This document shows, piece by piece, positions 19,801 to 27,957 of a stretch of 64,000 bases of DNA. The notes under the pieces are model-generated. The model saw only the letters and a program-made list of their open reading frames with translations, was not told the DNA's origin and ran no database searches. Origin of the DNA: a virus. Its lineage: Duplodnaviria > Caudoviricetes. Position 1 is the first letter of the stretch, and every line of letters begins with the position of its first letter. The position numbers and the translations under genes were made by a program. The stretch lies in the IMG/VR virus record IMGVR_UViG_3300031998_000059, positions 7,894 to 71,893 of that record, one strand, 5' to 3'.

Positions 19801-21263
19801 ACTTCGTTCATCCAAATCGAAGCATTCTGATACACAGACAATGCGACAAGCGCAGCTTTATAAGTGCCTATACCTGCGGCAAGCGCAAGGATAACGGACA
19901 CAAGTTTCTCTCCGCTCAATGCCATCTTTGTAAGCCATTCGGCGGTAACCTTGAGCGCATCACCAATCTGGCCTTCTGCCATATCTCCGTACATGATGGA
20001 GAATGCGTCACGCAGGTTCTTCCATTTTGCTGCTACGGTATCGGCAATCTTGTCCTGCAAGTTATAAAACTTACCTCCCTCATCAGTAAGCCTGCGTATC
20101 TGCTCTATCACATCTTCGTAGCTTACCTTGTGTTCGCTGATACGTTTCTGAACCTGCGCTGTGGTAACCATCGTACCTTCCAGTTCAGAGTAGTACTCAG
20201 ACAGCATCTTCAGCATAGGGATATTGTTCATGGCAAACTGGCGAAGTGTATAGCCCGTGAGGTATGTCTGGCTTTTCACATGGCCAAGGGCAAGGGTAAG
20301 CCTTGAAATGTCCTGCCCAGCACCTGCCGAAATGTCTGCTAAACGCTTTATCATGTCATACAGCTCGTTGTATTCGAAACCGTAGGCGGCAAGCTGCTTG
20401 GTGTACTGGTCAAGTTCAACCACTCCAAAAGGCGACCTTACTGCCATTTCCTTTATCTGCTCAAACAGCACGTTGGCCTTGGCGGTATCACCAAGTATGG
20501 CACCCATGCTCACACGCTGCTTTTCCAACTGGCCACCTATCTCAATCACATTTTCAAGAAACTCCCGAAGCATGTGTACGGAATACAGCGAGGTAAACGC
20601 ATCTTTCAAGTCGGCGCTTACTCTTATTCCATTCAGCAACTCCCCGTTCAGGCGAATATGCGAAGCGGTTCTTTCTTTTGTAGCTTTGCTGTTCTCCTTG
20701 GCGGCTTCTGTTGCTGCCTTTGTAGCCTTTCTACTCTCACTTATTGCAAGAGACATTTCCCTCTGCTCTATACCAGCAACCTTTCGTTGTCTTGTCAACT
20801 CAGAAAGAACAGCGTTTTCCCTTTTCAGTGCATCTTGTAACTGTTTTGCCTGTGCAGATGTTTTTCCATAAGTCTTGGAAACACTGTCAAGTTCTTTCTT
20901 GTAGTCTGCTATGTTAGCCTTGCACATTAGAATATCCCTGTCAAGACTGATTATCTGCGCCTTGATACCAGATACACCTTGCAAGCTGCCAAGGTCAAGA
21001 CCAACAACAGCCTGTCCTGACTTACCTACAGATGTCAATGCGGACTGCACGGCCTGTCTTGCCGCGTTAGCATCCGCTTCTATCTTCACCTGGAAACTCT
21101 CTTTGGATATTGCATTCCGAAGGTTGTTTATCATGGTTTCATACGAAGACTTGTCGTAGTCAATAGACAACTTCGTGAGCAGATTCCTCTTTATATCTTC
21201 CGCTTGTTTTTCGGTTTCGTTTTTCAGCTTTACACTGAACTCAAGTGTGCCAAGATTTGCCAT
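16806..21263 (-). CDS. Tape measure protein
   Basis: About 1485 aa, helical; SPFGVVELDQYTKQLAAYG tape-measure domain; start reassigned to 21263. Confidence 0.9.
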   Translation of the reverse strand: MANLGTLEFSVKLKNETEKQAEDIKRNLLTKLSIDYDKSSYETMINNLRNAISKESFQVKIEADANAARQAVQSALTSVGKSGQAVVGLDLGSLQGVSGIKAQIISLDRDILMCKANIADYKKELDSVSKTYGKTSAQAKQLQDALKRENAVLSELTRQRKVAGIEQREMSLAISESRKATKAATEAAKENSKATKERTASHIRLNGELLNGIRVSADLKDAFTSLYSVHMLREFLENVIEIGGQLEKQRVSMGAILGDTAKANVLFEQIKEMAVRSPFGVVELDQYTKQLAAYGFEYNELYDMIKRLADISAGAGQDISRLTLALGHVKSQTYLTGYTLRQFAMNNIPMLKMLSEYYSELEGTMVTTAQVQKRISEHKVSYEDVIEQIRRLTDEGGKFYNLQDKIADTVAAKWKNLRDAFSIMYGDMAEGQIGDALKVTAEWLTKMALSGEKLVSVILALAAGIGTYKAALVALSVYQNASIWMNEVSRLLMARNAIQSLTVATRAQIVAQHALNAAMKWNWVAIGVAALAALASAYLLLHESTRTLEEVQQDFNEEIQKEHDLLEREQKAAQSYAKTMTDTTKSMEARLSAYENLHKLYPEYFNDISKEVALNMTLEESLKRVNEEARKKALQQAQNRLNEAWWKRRVAENEFTMPTNFTGAFSWLNPLYNFAGIGTEARQAEIDALKEEERLAEEYYNSLKEYDDKITTIQQERWYKDSSALAGSFKNLLPNEGETRDDYFSRIKSHLKDLQGQIEDLNKTSVAAQEVLPGLQDELAATENIYYNALGGAKVTTKAETNAEKEAEKARKEAEKLAKEQLKLAVKEMEDYIKQESGKFNLYKTLFEQTGDKEFASNAFKNGQIWDSYAEGLRDKLEEIVGSPVKDWNMTRSLAESLFGEDTPALKLYQEIVEHIGNNWTESLKEAGNAMQAIMTNEQKIARLESQIAEWRADVSGADHTAQIAQATDEITKLKTELFATLPVYDQIFGDTAKRSIASIKEGIRQLDELIANGVQSDDKKSVISSYIDSDGEKHDVKITISKFGELREQGEKLFDAWRDKNPFSLFKVSWEKLMNTIRSDDASVEDKTEAWAEFSLTLASCADIAEDLAGKLSDVLDAAGLGGLSELTDYLQKGFDSISNIAKAYATNGETGAIIAGVGELFSWIGGLFTAHDDNLDERIQKSANEVKKLQNEYRNLVWIIERQLTKVTKEQSSELMANLVKQRQELERQRELEERKKKSDASKLTDYDQQIKEMNQQIADFYRELADSRYGINIDSWADQIASSITKAFAKGEDAAVAFKDTVADIMEGVVDDILKINVVKPAMSGLNELLFGITSTNSEEGIEISANEAVELAEALADLQDKVNSGKTIYDVVANAMRALGITSSSDTASKTLSASQKGTTEATSNLLASYVNAVRADMSAIRELIERSMGADESPIAQAQLQQLEVIARNTAQTADNTSSISDIFTILRRTVDGVYSFHVA

Positions 21264-21288
21264 AATTCTACATGTGATTGTGTTATAC

Positions 21289-21344
21289 AAAAAAAAGAGC
21301 CGAGGTTTCACCCAAGGCTCTTGGCTTTATCTTCTGCAAAGATA
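21289..21344 (-). promoter_or_regulatory. Promoter plus leader attenuator B
   Basis: TATCTTTG, AAAGCCAAGAGC, GAAA hairpin, GCTC, U8. Confidence 0.65.
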
Positions 21345-21552
21345 TATATTATTTCCCTATCTCCAAAGATTTTAGTGATTTATGAACTCCAAAAGGGTGA
21401 GATTCCCCACCCTACCAATACTGAGCCTATCCGCTCACAACAGATGTACGAACCTGCTGAAAACGAAATCACTGCATCCGTCCACCGCACACAGGAAAAC
21501 GGCAAGGGGTGCAGTGCCCATATTAGTTTTCAACTTCTTCTTCATGTTTGTT

Positions 21553-21828
21553 TCAGACTCTTTTCATGCACTTCGAGAGGATATATATCACTGCATCGGT
21601 GGTGAAGTTGGCAAGAATGTCTGAGGAGAAATCCGTCCACCAACTCTGCCTGTTCACCTTCTGAGCCACACGGGAAATCTGGTCACGCTGCTCCCCGAGC
21701 ATAGCCATGACCTCCCTGTGCCTTTGTTCTTCCAAGGCACGGCTGGCAAGTACACGTTTCTCGTCCTCGGGAAGCTTGTCATACGCCTCCCTCAGAGCTT
21801 TAAGCCTTATGTAGTCAACGTAGGTCAT
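21553..21828 (-). CDS. Hypothetical protein (cluster gene 10)
   Basis: Coupled ORF; W..DF.S.ILAN motif. Confidence 0.7.
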   Translation of the reverse strand: MTYVDYIRLKALREAYDKLPEDEKRVLASRALEEQRHREVMAMLGEQRDQISRVAQKVNRQSWWTDFSSDILANFTTDAVIYILSKCMKRV

Positions 21829-22307
21829 ACATGGAAGTATGCCCTGATGTTGAATTTGGCATCCTTGTCCGTGAGCTTGTCAACCGCCAATTCGTAAACC
21901 ACCTTGAACAGGTCGCTTCCATCAACGTATCTCGACAAGGTTTCCGACGAGTCGGACATGATCATGTTCATGGTGGTGTACAAGGCACAGCGGTTATAGC
22001 AAGGCTCACGCTCCAAATCGTAGCCGTTCTGTTCCATAGTCTGTTTCCATTGCTCACGGCTCCAAGGTGCTTTCGGATTCATTCCTGAGACTATCTTCTC
22101 GGCCTCCTTTGGCGTAAGATAGTTCTTCCATCGTATGCTTTCGAGCTTGTCTATCATCTCCTGTGCAATGTCAGGCTTGTTGGCAATCATCCAATCCATC
22201 ATCTCCTTGTGTACGTTGCCGAAGATGCGCATGAAAGACACGTCATTGGAGTTTGCCATCATGTTGTAGAGTGCATAGAACTCTTTTTTCATTTCTTCCG
22301 TTGTCAT
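21825..22307 (-). CDS. Hypothetical helical protein (cluster gene 9)
   Basis: NYLTPKEAEKIV..M.P..PW; YN.CALY.TMNMI.SD. Confidence 0.75.
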   Translation of the reverse strand: MTTEEMKKEFYALYNMMANSNDVSFMRIFGNVHKEMMDWMIANKPDIAQEMIDKLESIRWKNYLTPKEAEKIVSGMNPKAPWSREQWKQTMEQNGYDLEREPCYNRCALYTTMNMIMSDSSETLSRYVDGSDLFKVVYELAVDKLTDKDAKFNIRAYFHV

Positions 22308-22441
22308 CTCTTTCTTTTTTTAGTTGGTTTGACTTTTTCGGGCAAAACTTTGTCCTGTGCTGCCCTGCATTTCGGACACGGTGCTTTTGGCACACTACGC
22401 TCCGTCAGGGGTTGTATCATCTGTTGAGTAAATCTTTCCAT
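22304..22441 (-). CDS. Small CxxC basic protein (cluster gene 8)
   Basis: CPKC plus Lys/Arg tail; overlaps the upstream gene. Confidence 0.4.
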   Translation of the reverse strand: MERFTQQMIQPLTERSVPKAPCPKCRAAQDKVLPEKVKPTKKRKR

Positions 22442-22715
22442 ATATCCTGTTATATAAAGTGTCAATATATCCCATACCAAGCTCCAACCATACGGCAAGG
22501 TAGGCATTAAAGAATGACACCGCAAACAATACCGTCAGCCTCTCTCCGCAATAACACAGATAGAAGAAGGTACACCAAAAAGAGAAGCACTTGCAGCAGT
22601 CCATTATAGGCAGCTTAAACCCGATGTGTTCCTCAATAGCACCGACAAGCCCCAAGTGGTTAGCCGCAGTGCAGGCAAAAAGTATCATTGCGATGTCATT
22701 CCAACTCATACTCAT
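22395..22715 (-). CDS. Membrane protein with CCKC motif (cluster gene 7)
   Basis: ATGA-coupled start at 22715; DCCKCFSFW; TM segments. Confidence 0.7.
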   Translation of the reverse strand: MSMSWNDIAMILFACTAANHLGLVGAIEEHIGFKLPIMDCCKCFSFWCTFFYLCYCGERLTVLFAVSFFNAYLAVWLELGMGYIDTLYNRIYGKIYSTDDTTPDGA

Positions 22716-23200
22716 GCCGCAGGTGTCACGTTGATGCTCGTGGTTATGGCAATCTGGTTGGTACAGGTCTTGGTGCTTTGGCAACATCCACACTGACCAT
22801 CGTACTGATACACCGTTATAGGCTTGGGAGAGGCGGCCACCGTACCGATGGCAAGCACAGGCGATGTAGCATCTGAGCAAGGCAAGCACAGTCGCTTGCT
22901 CACATATTCAGTCCGAGGCTCACAACTTTTGCAAGGCTTGTATGTCACCGTACCAGCTATCTGGCACTCTTGGCAAAGCACACCGTTACCAAGATCGACA
23001 GGCGTCCCTATAGGGGTGGCCGTAAGACTGGAGGTAACGGGGTGTACAGGGTCTGCAAGCAGCATGTTGCGGTTTCCGCAAGTATAGTGCGTCAAACCTA
23101 TTATATAAGTGGCGTTGGCTTCAGTACCACCAGGTGCAGGGGTCAGGAAGTCCAGCACATCCGCACCGTTTTTGCAATTACAATTATCTAAACATCCCAT
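22712..23200 (-). CDS. Cys/Thr-rich beta protein (cluster gene 6)
   Basis: Many Cys, including CNC, CQEC, CKSC and CGCC. Confidence 0.75.
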   Translation of the reverse strand: MGCLDNCNCKNGADVLDFLTPAPGGTEANATYIIGLTHYTCGNRNMLLADPVHPVTSSLTATPIGTPVDLGNGVLCQECQIAGTVTYKPCKSCEPRTEYVSKRLCLPCSDATSPVLAIGTVAASPKPITVYQYDGQCGCCQSTKTCTNQIAITTSINVTPAA

Positions 23201-23211
23201 AATGATTACTT

Positions 23212-23490
23212 TTATTCTGTTAAACTGTCTTGGGGGTCTATTTCTTCTTCACCGCCCCCTTCCTGTGATTCGCTTGCACAAAGCACTACAGCCGCAGGAT
23301 TGAACACCTGTTCATCGTTGCCGGCCTTTGCTTTCAGTTCTTCCACAATGCCAACTATACTTTCGACAACGGTTTTGATTCCCATCACCGTCCTCATCAT
23401 GTTGTAAGTGTGCTGACATGCGCAGTACTGGCGTTGCGACACTGAGCATTTCATGCAGTCGCCCGTGCATTGAAACTGATTCTGTTCCAT
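23212..23490 (-). CDS. Cys-motif coiled-coil protein (cluster gene 5)
   Basis: CTGDCMKC...QYCAC. Confidence 0.7.
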   Translation of the reverse strand: MEQNQFQCTGDCMKCSVSQRQYCACQHTYNMMRTVMGIKTVVESIVGIVEELKAKAGNDEQVFNPAAVVLCASESQEGGGEEEIDPQDSLTE

Positions 23491-23491
23491 A

Positions 23492-23698
23492 CTAACTGAA
23501 ATAGTTTATTATCTGGCTCTTCACAAAAGGATTGGCTTGCCAGCTTCCGACTGCCTTGGATATTTTCTCTCCTGTCACGGCTCGCCCGTGTTTGGCATGT
23601 TCACTGATGAACCCCTTTATGGCCGTTTCAGCCTTTCTCGCCTCTTCCTCGCTGTCAGCGTAGATGTTGAACTTTATCTCAAACCCTTTCATATACAC
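23492..23698 (-). CDS. Hypothetical protein (cluster gene 4)
   Basis: F.IKFNIYADSEEEA; coupled to neighbours. Confidence 0.7.
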   Translation of the reverse strand: MYMKGFEIKFNIYADSEEEARKAETAIKGFISEHAKHGRAVTGEKISKAVGSWQANPFVKSQIINYFS

Positions 23699-24060
23699 TA
23701 TTCGTTAATTGGTGGAAGCGGAGAGGTGTCAGTGGGGACCACTGGAGGTAGCTCACCTTTGTTTTGAATCACAGCCCTGATGAACTCATAACCTTGCGCT
23801 ATCTCTTCCCTGTTCTCCTTTATCCACGAGAACACACCGTTGAAAGTTGCCTTGGTATTGTCTATCCATGTAGGCTGTACAGGGTCAAAGTCGGGAAGTT
23901 CAAGGTTTCTTGCGTAGAAGTCGAACATTTCTTGCGCCTTGTTTATGTCGCCCTTGTTCAGAAACATTGCAACCTGCAAAAGCTGTGCCTTGCTTGTGGG
24001 CACAAAGTTCTTTATAAACTCCATCTTCGCTTTCCTTTCCTTAGTGTTGAACCAAAACAT
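23698..24060 (-). CDS. Hypothetical protein (cluster gene 3)
   Basis: PTSKAQLLQVAM...AQEMFDFY; Pro-rich end. Confidence 0.7.
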   Translation of the reverse strand: MFWFNTKERKAKMEFIKNFVPTSKAQLLQVAMFLNKGDINKAQEMFDFYARNLELPDFDPVQPTWIDNTKATFNGVFSWIKENREEIAQGYEFIRAVIQNKGELPPVVPTDTSPLPPINE

Positions 24061-24118
24061 TTTAATCAGATTTATAGGAAACAAGGCTACGGAGTTATCC
24101 GTAACCTTGCATGATCAT

Positions 24119-24670
24119 TTAGCCATTGCATCCGCATCCACCTGCAGGGCATGGGCATGGAGTCGCATCACGATACAATGCCACACGCTGAGGATTCTCG
24201 GAGTATCGGCCTGTCATGAGACCTGTCATCACCTGTTGGGTGGCAACTTGTGAAGCGGCCAACTCGGCCTGCTGCTGTGCGGTCAGCTGACCCTGCTGGC
24301 TTCCGCTCACGGTGTCAGTAATGGTCTGGTTCAAGGTCACATCGCCCGAAATACGCTCCTGACGCTCTGCGGAAAGCAGGCTTGTCAACTGGTCAAGCTG
24401 ACGCTGGGTAGCATTGTTCTGCAAGGCGGCAATTTCCTTGGCAGCTACAGCCACTTCCTTGGCCTGGTTAGCCTTGGCATTGCCATACATAGGACCGAAA
24501 ATCCATGCGCCGATGGCTGCGGCAGTACCTACGGTACCAAGCACCAAACCTGCCACACCGATTCCGCTTGTGTGGCTCTTGGCTGTCATGTGGTCCAATT
24601 TCACCTGCTCATAGGGAGTAAGGCTGTGGTTCTCCATAGCCTTCATAGATAAGTAGTCATTGAGTTCCAT
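24119..24670 (-). CDS. TM plus coiled-coil protein ending CPCPAGGCGCNG (cluster gene 2)
   Basis: GIGVAGLVLGTVGTAAAIGAW helix; Cys-rich C-terminus. Confidence 0.75.
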   Translation of the reverse strand: MELNDYLSMKAMENHSLTPYEQVKLDHMTAKSHTSGIGVAGLVLGTVGTAAAIGAWIFGPMYGNAKANQAKEVAVAAKEIAALQNNATQRQLDQLTSLLSAERQERISGDVTLNQTITDTVSGSQQGQLTAQQQAELAASQVATQQVMTGLMTGRYSENPQRVALYRDATPCPCPAGGCGCNG

Positions 24671-24773
24671 ATAAAACGATTTTTTGTTGTTAATAAATTG
24701 TTTCCTCGTCGTGCGCACCGACAACCACAAATTTACCAACATGAAATTCATTGGATAAACAATGGAACACACT

Positions 24774-25016
24774 TCAACTGCACGTTATCTTGCAGTCCTT
24801 CTTCATCCTTCTAACTATCTGATACACCTTTCTCTCGCACATCCCGTACCTCTCCGAAAGGGTAGCGATGATGTATGTGGTTTTCTCTCCGAGATTCAAC
24901 ATTCTCAGATAATCCATATACAAGGGCAAGTAGTCATAATCCTTCATTTTAACCCCTGTTTCATGCAGTGTTTTCAAAATTCCACCGCTCAACTGCAATA
25001 ATTCTGCCACTTTCAT
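24774..25016 (-). CDS. Mor-like HTH transcription regulator (cluster gene 1)
   Basis: IIATLSERYGMCERKVYQIVRRM. Confidence 0.65.
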   Translation of the reverse strand: MKVAELLQLSGGILKTLHETGVKMKDYDYLPLYMDYLRMLNLGEKTTYIIATLSERYGMCERKVYQIVRRMKKDCKITCS

Positions 25017-25052
25017 AGTGCAAATAGTATTTATTTGTTATCTTTGCACCCA

Positions 25053-25156
25053 GACACCACTCTTGTATATATACGAAAAATGCCTATCTGGAGTGTTTAA
25101 GGGTATATTCCCCCGACACGCCCCAGGTAGGCATTATATAATAAGCGAGTGGTGTC
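25053..25156 (+). ncRNA. 104-nt long-hairpin small RNA candidate
   Basis: Promoter TATCTTTG at 25039-46; nested inverted repeats; terminator at 25173-25200. Confidence 0.6.
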
Positions 25157-25172
25157 CTTATTCTATAAAAGT

Positions 25173-25200
25173 CGGGGGATTTTTTTATTTCCATCCCCCG
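25173..25200. terminator. Bidirectional terminator
   Basis: cgggggat/atcccccg stem. Confidence 0.6.
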
Positions 25201-25205
25201 ATTTA

Positions 25206-25751
25206 TCAATCAGGTATTCTTTTCCAACTGTTGTTTATGATTTTCGGCGCTTCCATGAAAGTACCAGTCAGCACATCAAGGTGTCTCACGGTTTCAAGGA
25301 GCTGCGAATATTCTGTGCCCGTACACATGACAAACTCTATATCATCGCTCGGTCTGTACGAACGCAGGAAATTGCGCGAGGTGTTCTCGCCATAGTCCTT
25401 GTCAGTGTCAATCAGGCGATATTTCTTCACGGGTACCATTTTGCCGCTGTCGTAGTCCTCAACATAGATTGTGCCGATTCCACTACCTCTCCACAATTTA
25501 CCCCTTACAGGCCTTCTTAATGACAAGTCGGCGTCATACACGCTGATTATCCTCACAAGCGAACGGTTGTAATATATTCCCACCATATAGGAGGTAAACG
25601 TGTTTCCTGTAAGGTTGTGATACTCTTTCTCCCACTCTGCCGTAAGAAGCAGTTTGTAGGCGGCTTCCGTAAGGCTCCCGACTATTGTCTGCCTTATCAA
25701 CGACAACCCTTTGGCAAAGCCCGTGTCAAGTACATCATTGTTACCGCTCAT
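25206..25751 (-). CDS. HK97 gp10-like neck/tail-completion protein
   Basis: YHNLTGNTFTSYMVGIYY motif; structural context. Confidence 0.55.
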   Translation of the reverse strand: MSGNNDVLDTGFAKGLSLIRQTIVGSLTEAAYKLLLTAEWEKEYHNLTGNTFTSYMVGIYYNRSLVRIISVYDADLSLRRPVRGKLWRGSGIGTIYVEDYDSGKMVPVKKYRLIDTDKDYGENTSRNFLRSYRPSDDIEFVMCTGTEYSQLLETVRHLDVLTGTFMEAPKIINNSWKRIPD

Positions 25752-26263
25752 GACAACACAACGTTTGTTATCGGGTCTGTCACACGGAACGTCACCTTGA
25801 AAGTCACAACATTCTCATGGTACAGGTTGCCGTTCTCTTCCTTTGTCATGACTATAGGGTTCTCATCATCAATGGATTTCAGGTAGCAGCCCTGCCTTCC
25901 GATGGTGGAATAGGGAGAATAAATCTTGAGTTCAGCGCCGCTTCCGTTCTCGGTGTCATTGCCGGTAAGCCATTTCTTGAAAGCGGTGATCTGCGTAAGT
26001 GCCAAGTCAAGGTCGAACGGATTCGTCGCCAATTCCTGCCCCTTGTATGCCATGACAAACTCTGCATCATACGCCTCTAACATGGTCTTGGCAGGTATAT
26101 ACACATCTGTACCATGCTCGTCATACCAGTCGTTCTCAGGAAGCTCCTTTACCGATCCTCCTGCCTTGAAAGGCACAGACGCACACACTATACCCCATTG
26201 GGTGAACGAGTTCACCACATTCCCGTCACCCTTCTTGAATTTCAAGCAATGAATATCATCCAT
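25748..26263 (-). CDS. Distal tail (Dit)-like protein
   Basis: KELPENDWYDEHGTDVYIP...V.FKVTFRVTDP. Confidence 0.55.
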   Translation of the reverse strand: MDDIHCLKFKKGDGNVVNSFTQWGIVCASVPFKAGGSVKELPENDWYDEHGTDVYIPAKTMLEAYDAEFVMAYKGQELATNPFDLDLALTQITAFKKWLTGNDTENGSGAELKIYSPYSTIGRQGCYLKSIDDENPIVMTKEENGNLYHENVVTFKVTFRVTDPITNVVLS

Positions 26264-26265
26264 AA

Positions 26266-26541
26266 TCAGTCTATTTTTATACCAACATCTGTTTTTACAC
26301 TCTTACCGAGAATATCTTTTATCGACAGCCCTTTCCCTGCATCCCCGCTTGTCCCGTATCTGGCAATCCATTTATCGTTGGCCTCCATGATACTCGTCTT
26401 GTCCGCAGGTGTATCGTCAAAATCGCCTTTCTTGCGTTTCCTGTTATTCCTTTTTCCGTAGTCATAGTCCACGACACTTACATCAGAAACTATAAGTTCA
26501 AGCTGCGCATTGGTGAGCATCCAGTCCACATAGTACATCAT
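26266..26541 (-). CDS. Tail assembly chaperone, frameshift-extension part
   Basis: Frame stays open upstream to the A9 tract at 26738-46. Confidence 0.6.
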   Translation of the reverse strand: MMYYVDWMLTNAQLELIVSDVSVVDYDYGKRNNRKRKKGDFDDTPADKTSIMEANDKWIARYGTSGDAGKGLSIKDILGKSVKTDVGIKID

Positions 26542-26582
26542 GCCACTTATAGGTATTCCGAACAGCTTCAGCGGACCGGTGT

Positions 26583-27062
26583 CTATTCCGTGTTTTTGGG
26601 CGATTTCCCATCTCTGTCCGTACGTAGTTCTTGAAGGAAACGCTCTGCTTCCTCCTTTGTCTTTTGCTTGTTTGTCGTGTTCAACACGGTTAACAATGTC
26701 ATAGCGCGTAAGTATGCCGGAAGTTCCTCCTGCGCCGTTTTTTTTTGAGCCATCTCAAACAAAGGCATGAGTTCCTCAGAGGTGTACTGCCTTACATAGT
26801 AATACCAACGCCAAACAATCCAGTAGGCAAGATGGCACTTCCAGAACCCGTTAAGTGCAATCAATGCCGCTGCCTGACACAATATCTTACCGTCATTCCC
26901 TTTCCGTGTGAAAAGGTCGGAAATCCAATCATCCGTAGCCGGGTGCATCCACCTCACATTGAATTTCCTGCCTCTTACCATTACCACATCCGCTTTGTTC
27001 CTGACCACACTTAGCAGTTCTTCCTTATCCTCACGTGTGGCATCTTTTATCACTCTGTCCAT
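26583..27062 (-). CDS. Tail assembly chaperone
   Basis: Downstream of the major tail protein; slippery A9 (QKKT). Confidence 0.65.
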   Translation of the reverse strand: MDRVIKDATREDKEELLSVVRNKADVVMVRGRKFNVRWMHPATDDWISDLFTRKGNDGKILCQAAALIALNGFWKCHLAYWIVWRWYYYVRQYTSEELMPLFEMAQKKTAQEELPAYLRAMTLLTVLNTTNKQKTKEEAERFLQELRTDRDGKSPKNTE

Positions 27063-27072
27063 ACATTATATA

Positions 27073-27954
27073 TTATTTGTCAAGTACTTTCTCTATCGCA
27101 TCACTCACCGCACGGGCGTATTTCCTGTAGTCCCATTCGCACTCGTTGTCATTCACGCATACGATACCAGGCTCTTCGGAGCTTATGATGTTCACCACAT
27201 CCTCCACACTCTTCCTCACGCTGGCATAGATGCGCTTCGGGGCATGGTCTATGTAGTTGCCCGACAGGTGGTGCCACCACGGGCAAAGCCACTGGTTGAA
27301 GTTCTTCGGCTCACGGAACGGACTTATGCTGTACGCTATCTCCGTACCCCCGATCCCCCACAGATGCCTCCATGTGCTTCTTAACATCGGTGTTATGCTG
27401 TGCCCTCCTTTCAACCATGTGCCGGTGTAATGCTTTCCGAACTCCTTCGCCACGAAGTTAAGGCCGTTCCTTGCAGCCAGATGGAAGTTGTTCGGCTCTG
27501 TCGGGAAAGCCTTCTCGGTATGGTGCAGACACGGAACACCATCCACAAAGAAATCGTTCTCGGAAAGCGGTGACAGGGGGAACATGTCATCATTCCCGTA
27601 AAGGAATGTCTCGCTTATCCCTGGTATATCTTTCAGGAACATCTCCATCGCACGGCTGTTGAACGTGGGAAGGTACTTTGGCGGCATGAAGTCCCGATGA
27701 TAGGCCACACGCACACCCTCTTCATCCATCCAAGGCCTTTTCTGGCTCTCCCTTGCCAATATTATATATATGGTACGCACGAACGGCATGAACTTCCTCA
27801 CACACCTTACCAGCTGGTGCTCAGTACCCCAACTGCGGTATCTCACAAATTCAAGGAGGTTGTTCTCGTTGTACATCCCGTTGACTTTCCCGAAGTCCTT
27901 GCGCCACAACGGGTCGTCATTGAACACCATCGGAACTACATAGTCTATTGCCAT
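27073..27954 (-). CDS. Stealth-family hexose-1-phosphate transferase
   Basis: IDYVVPMV..DD..W; PTFNSRAMEMFL..IPGISE.FLYGNDDMF (CR1/CR2). Confidence 0.85.
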   Translation of the reverse strand: MAIDYVVPMVFNDDPLWRKDFGKVNGMYNENNLLEFVRYRSWGTEHQLVRCVRKFMPFVRTIYIILARESQKRPWMDEEGVRVAYHRDFMPPKYLPTFNSRAMEMFLKDIPGISETFLYGNDDMFPLSPLSENDFFVDGVPCLHHTEKAFPTEPNNFHLAARNGLNFVAKEFGKHYTGTWLKGGHSITPMLRSTWRHLWGIGGTEIAYSISPFREPKNFNQWLCPWWHHLSGNYIDHAPKRIYASVRKSVEDVVNIISSEEPGIVCVNDNECEWDYRKYARAVSDAIEKVLDK

Positions 27955-27957
27955 AAC

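Noticed and set aside
12314-21605. Many 60-320 aa plus-strand ORFs opposite the tail and tape-measure genes
   Set aside because: They are antisense shadows of GC-rich coding sequence with no motifs or start signals.
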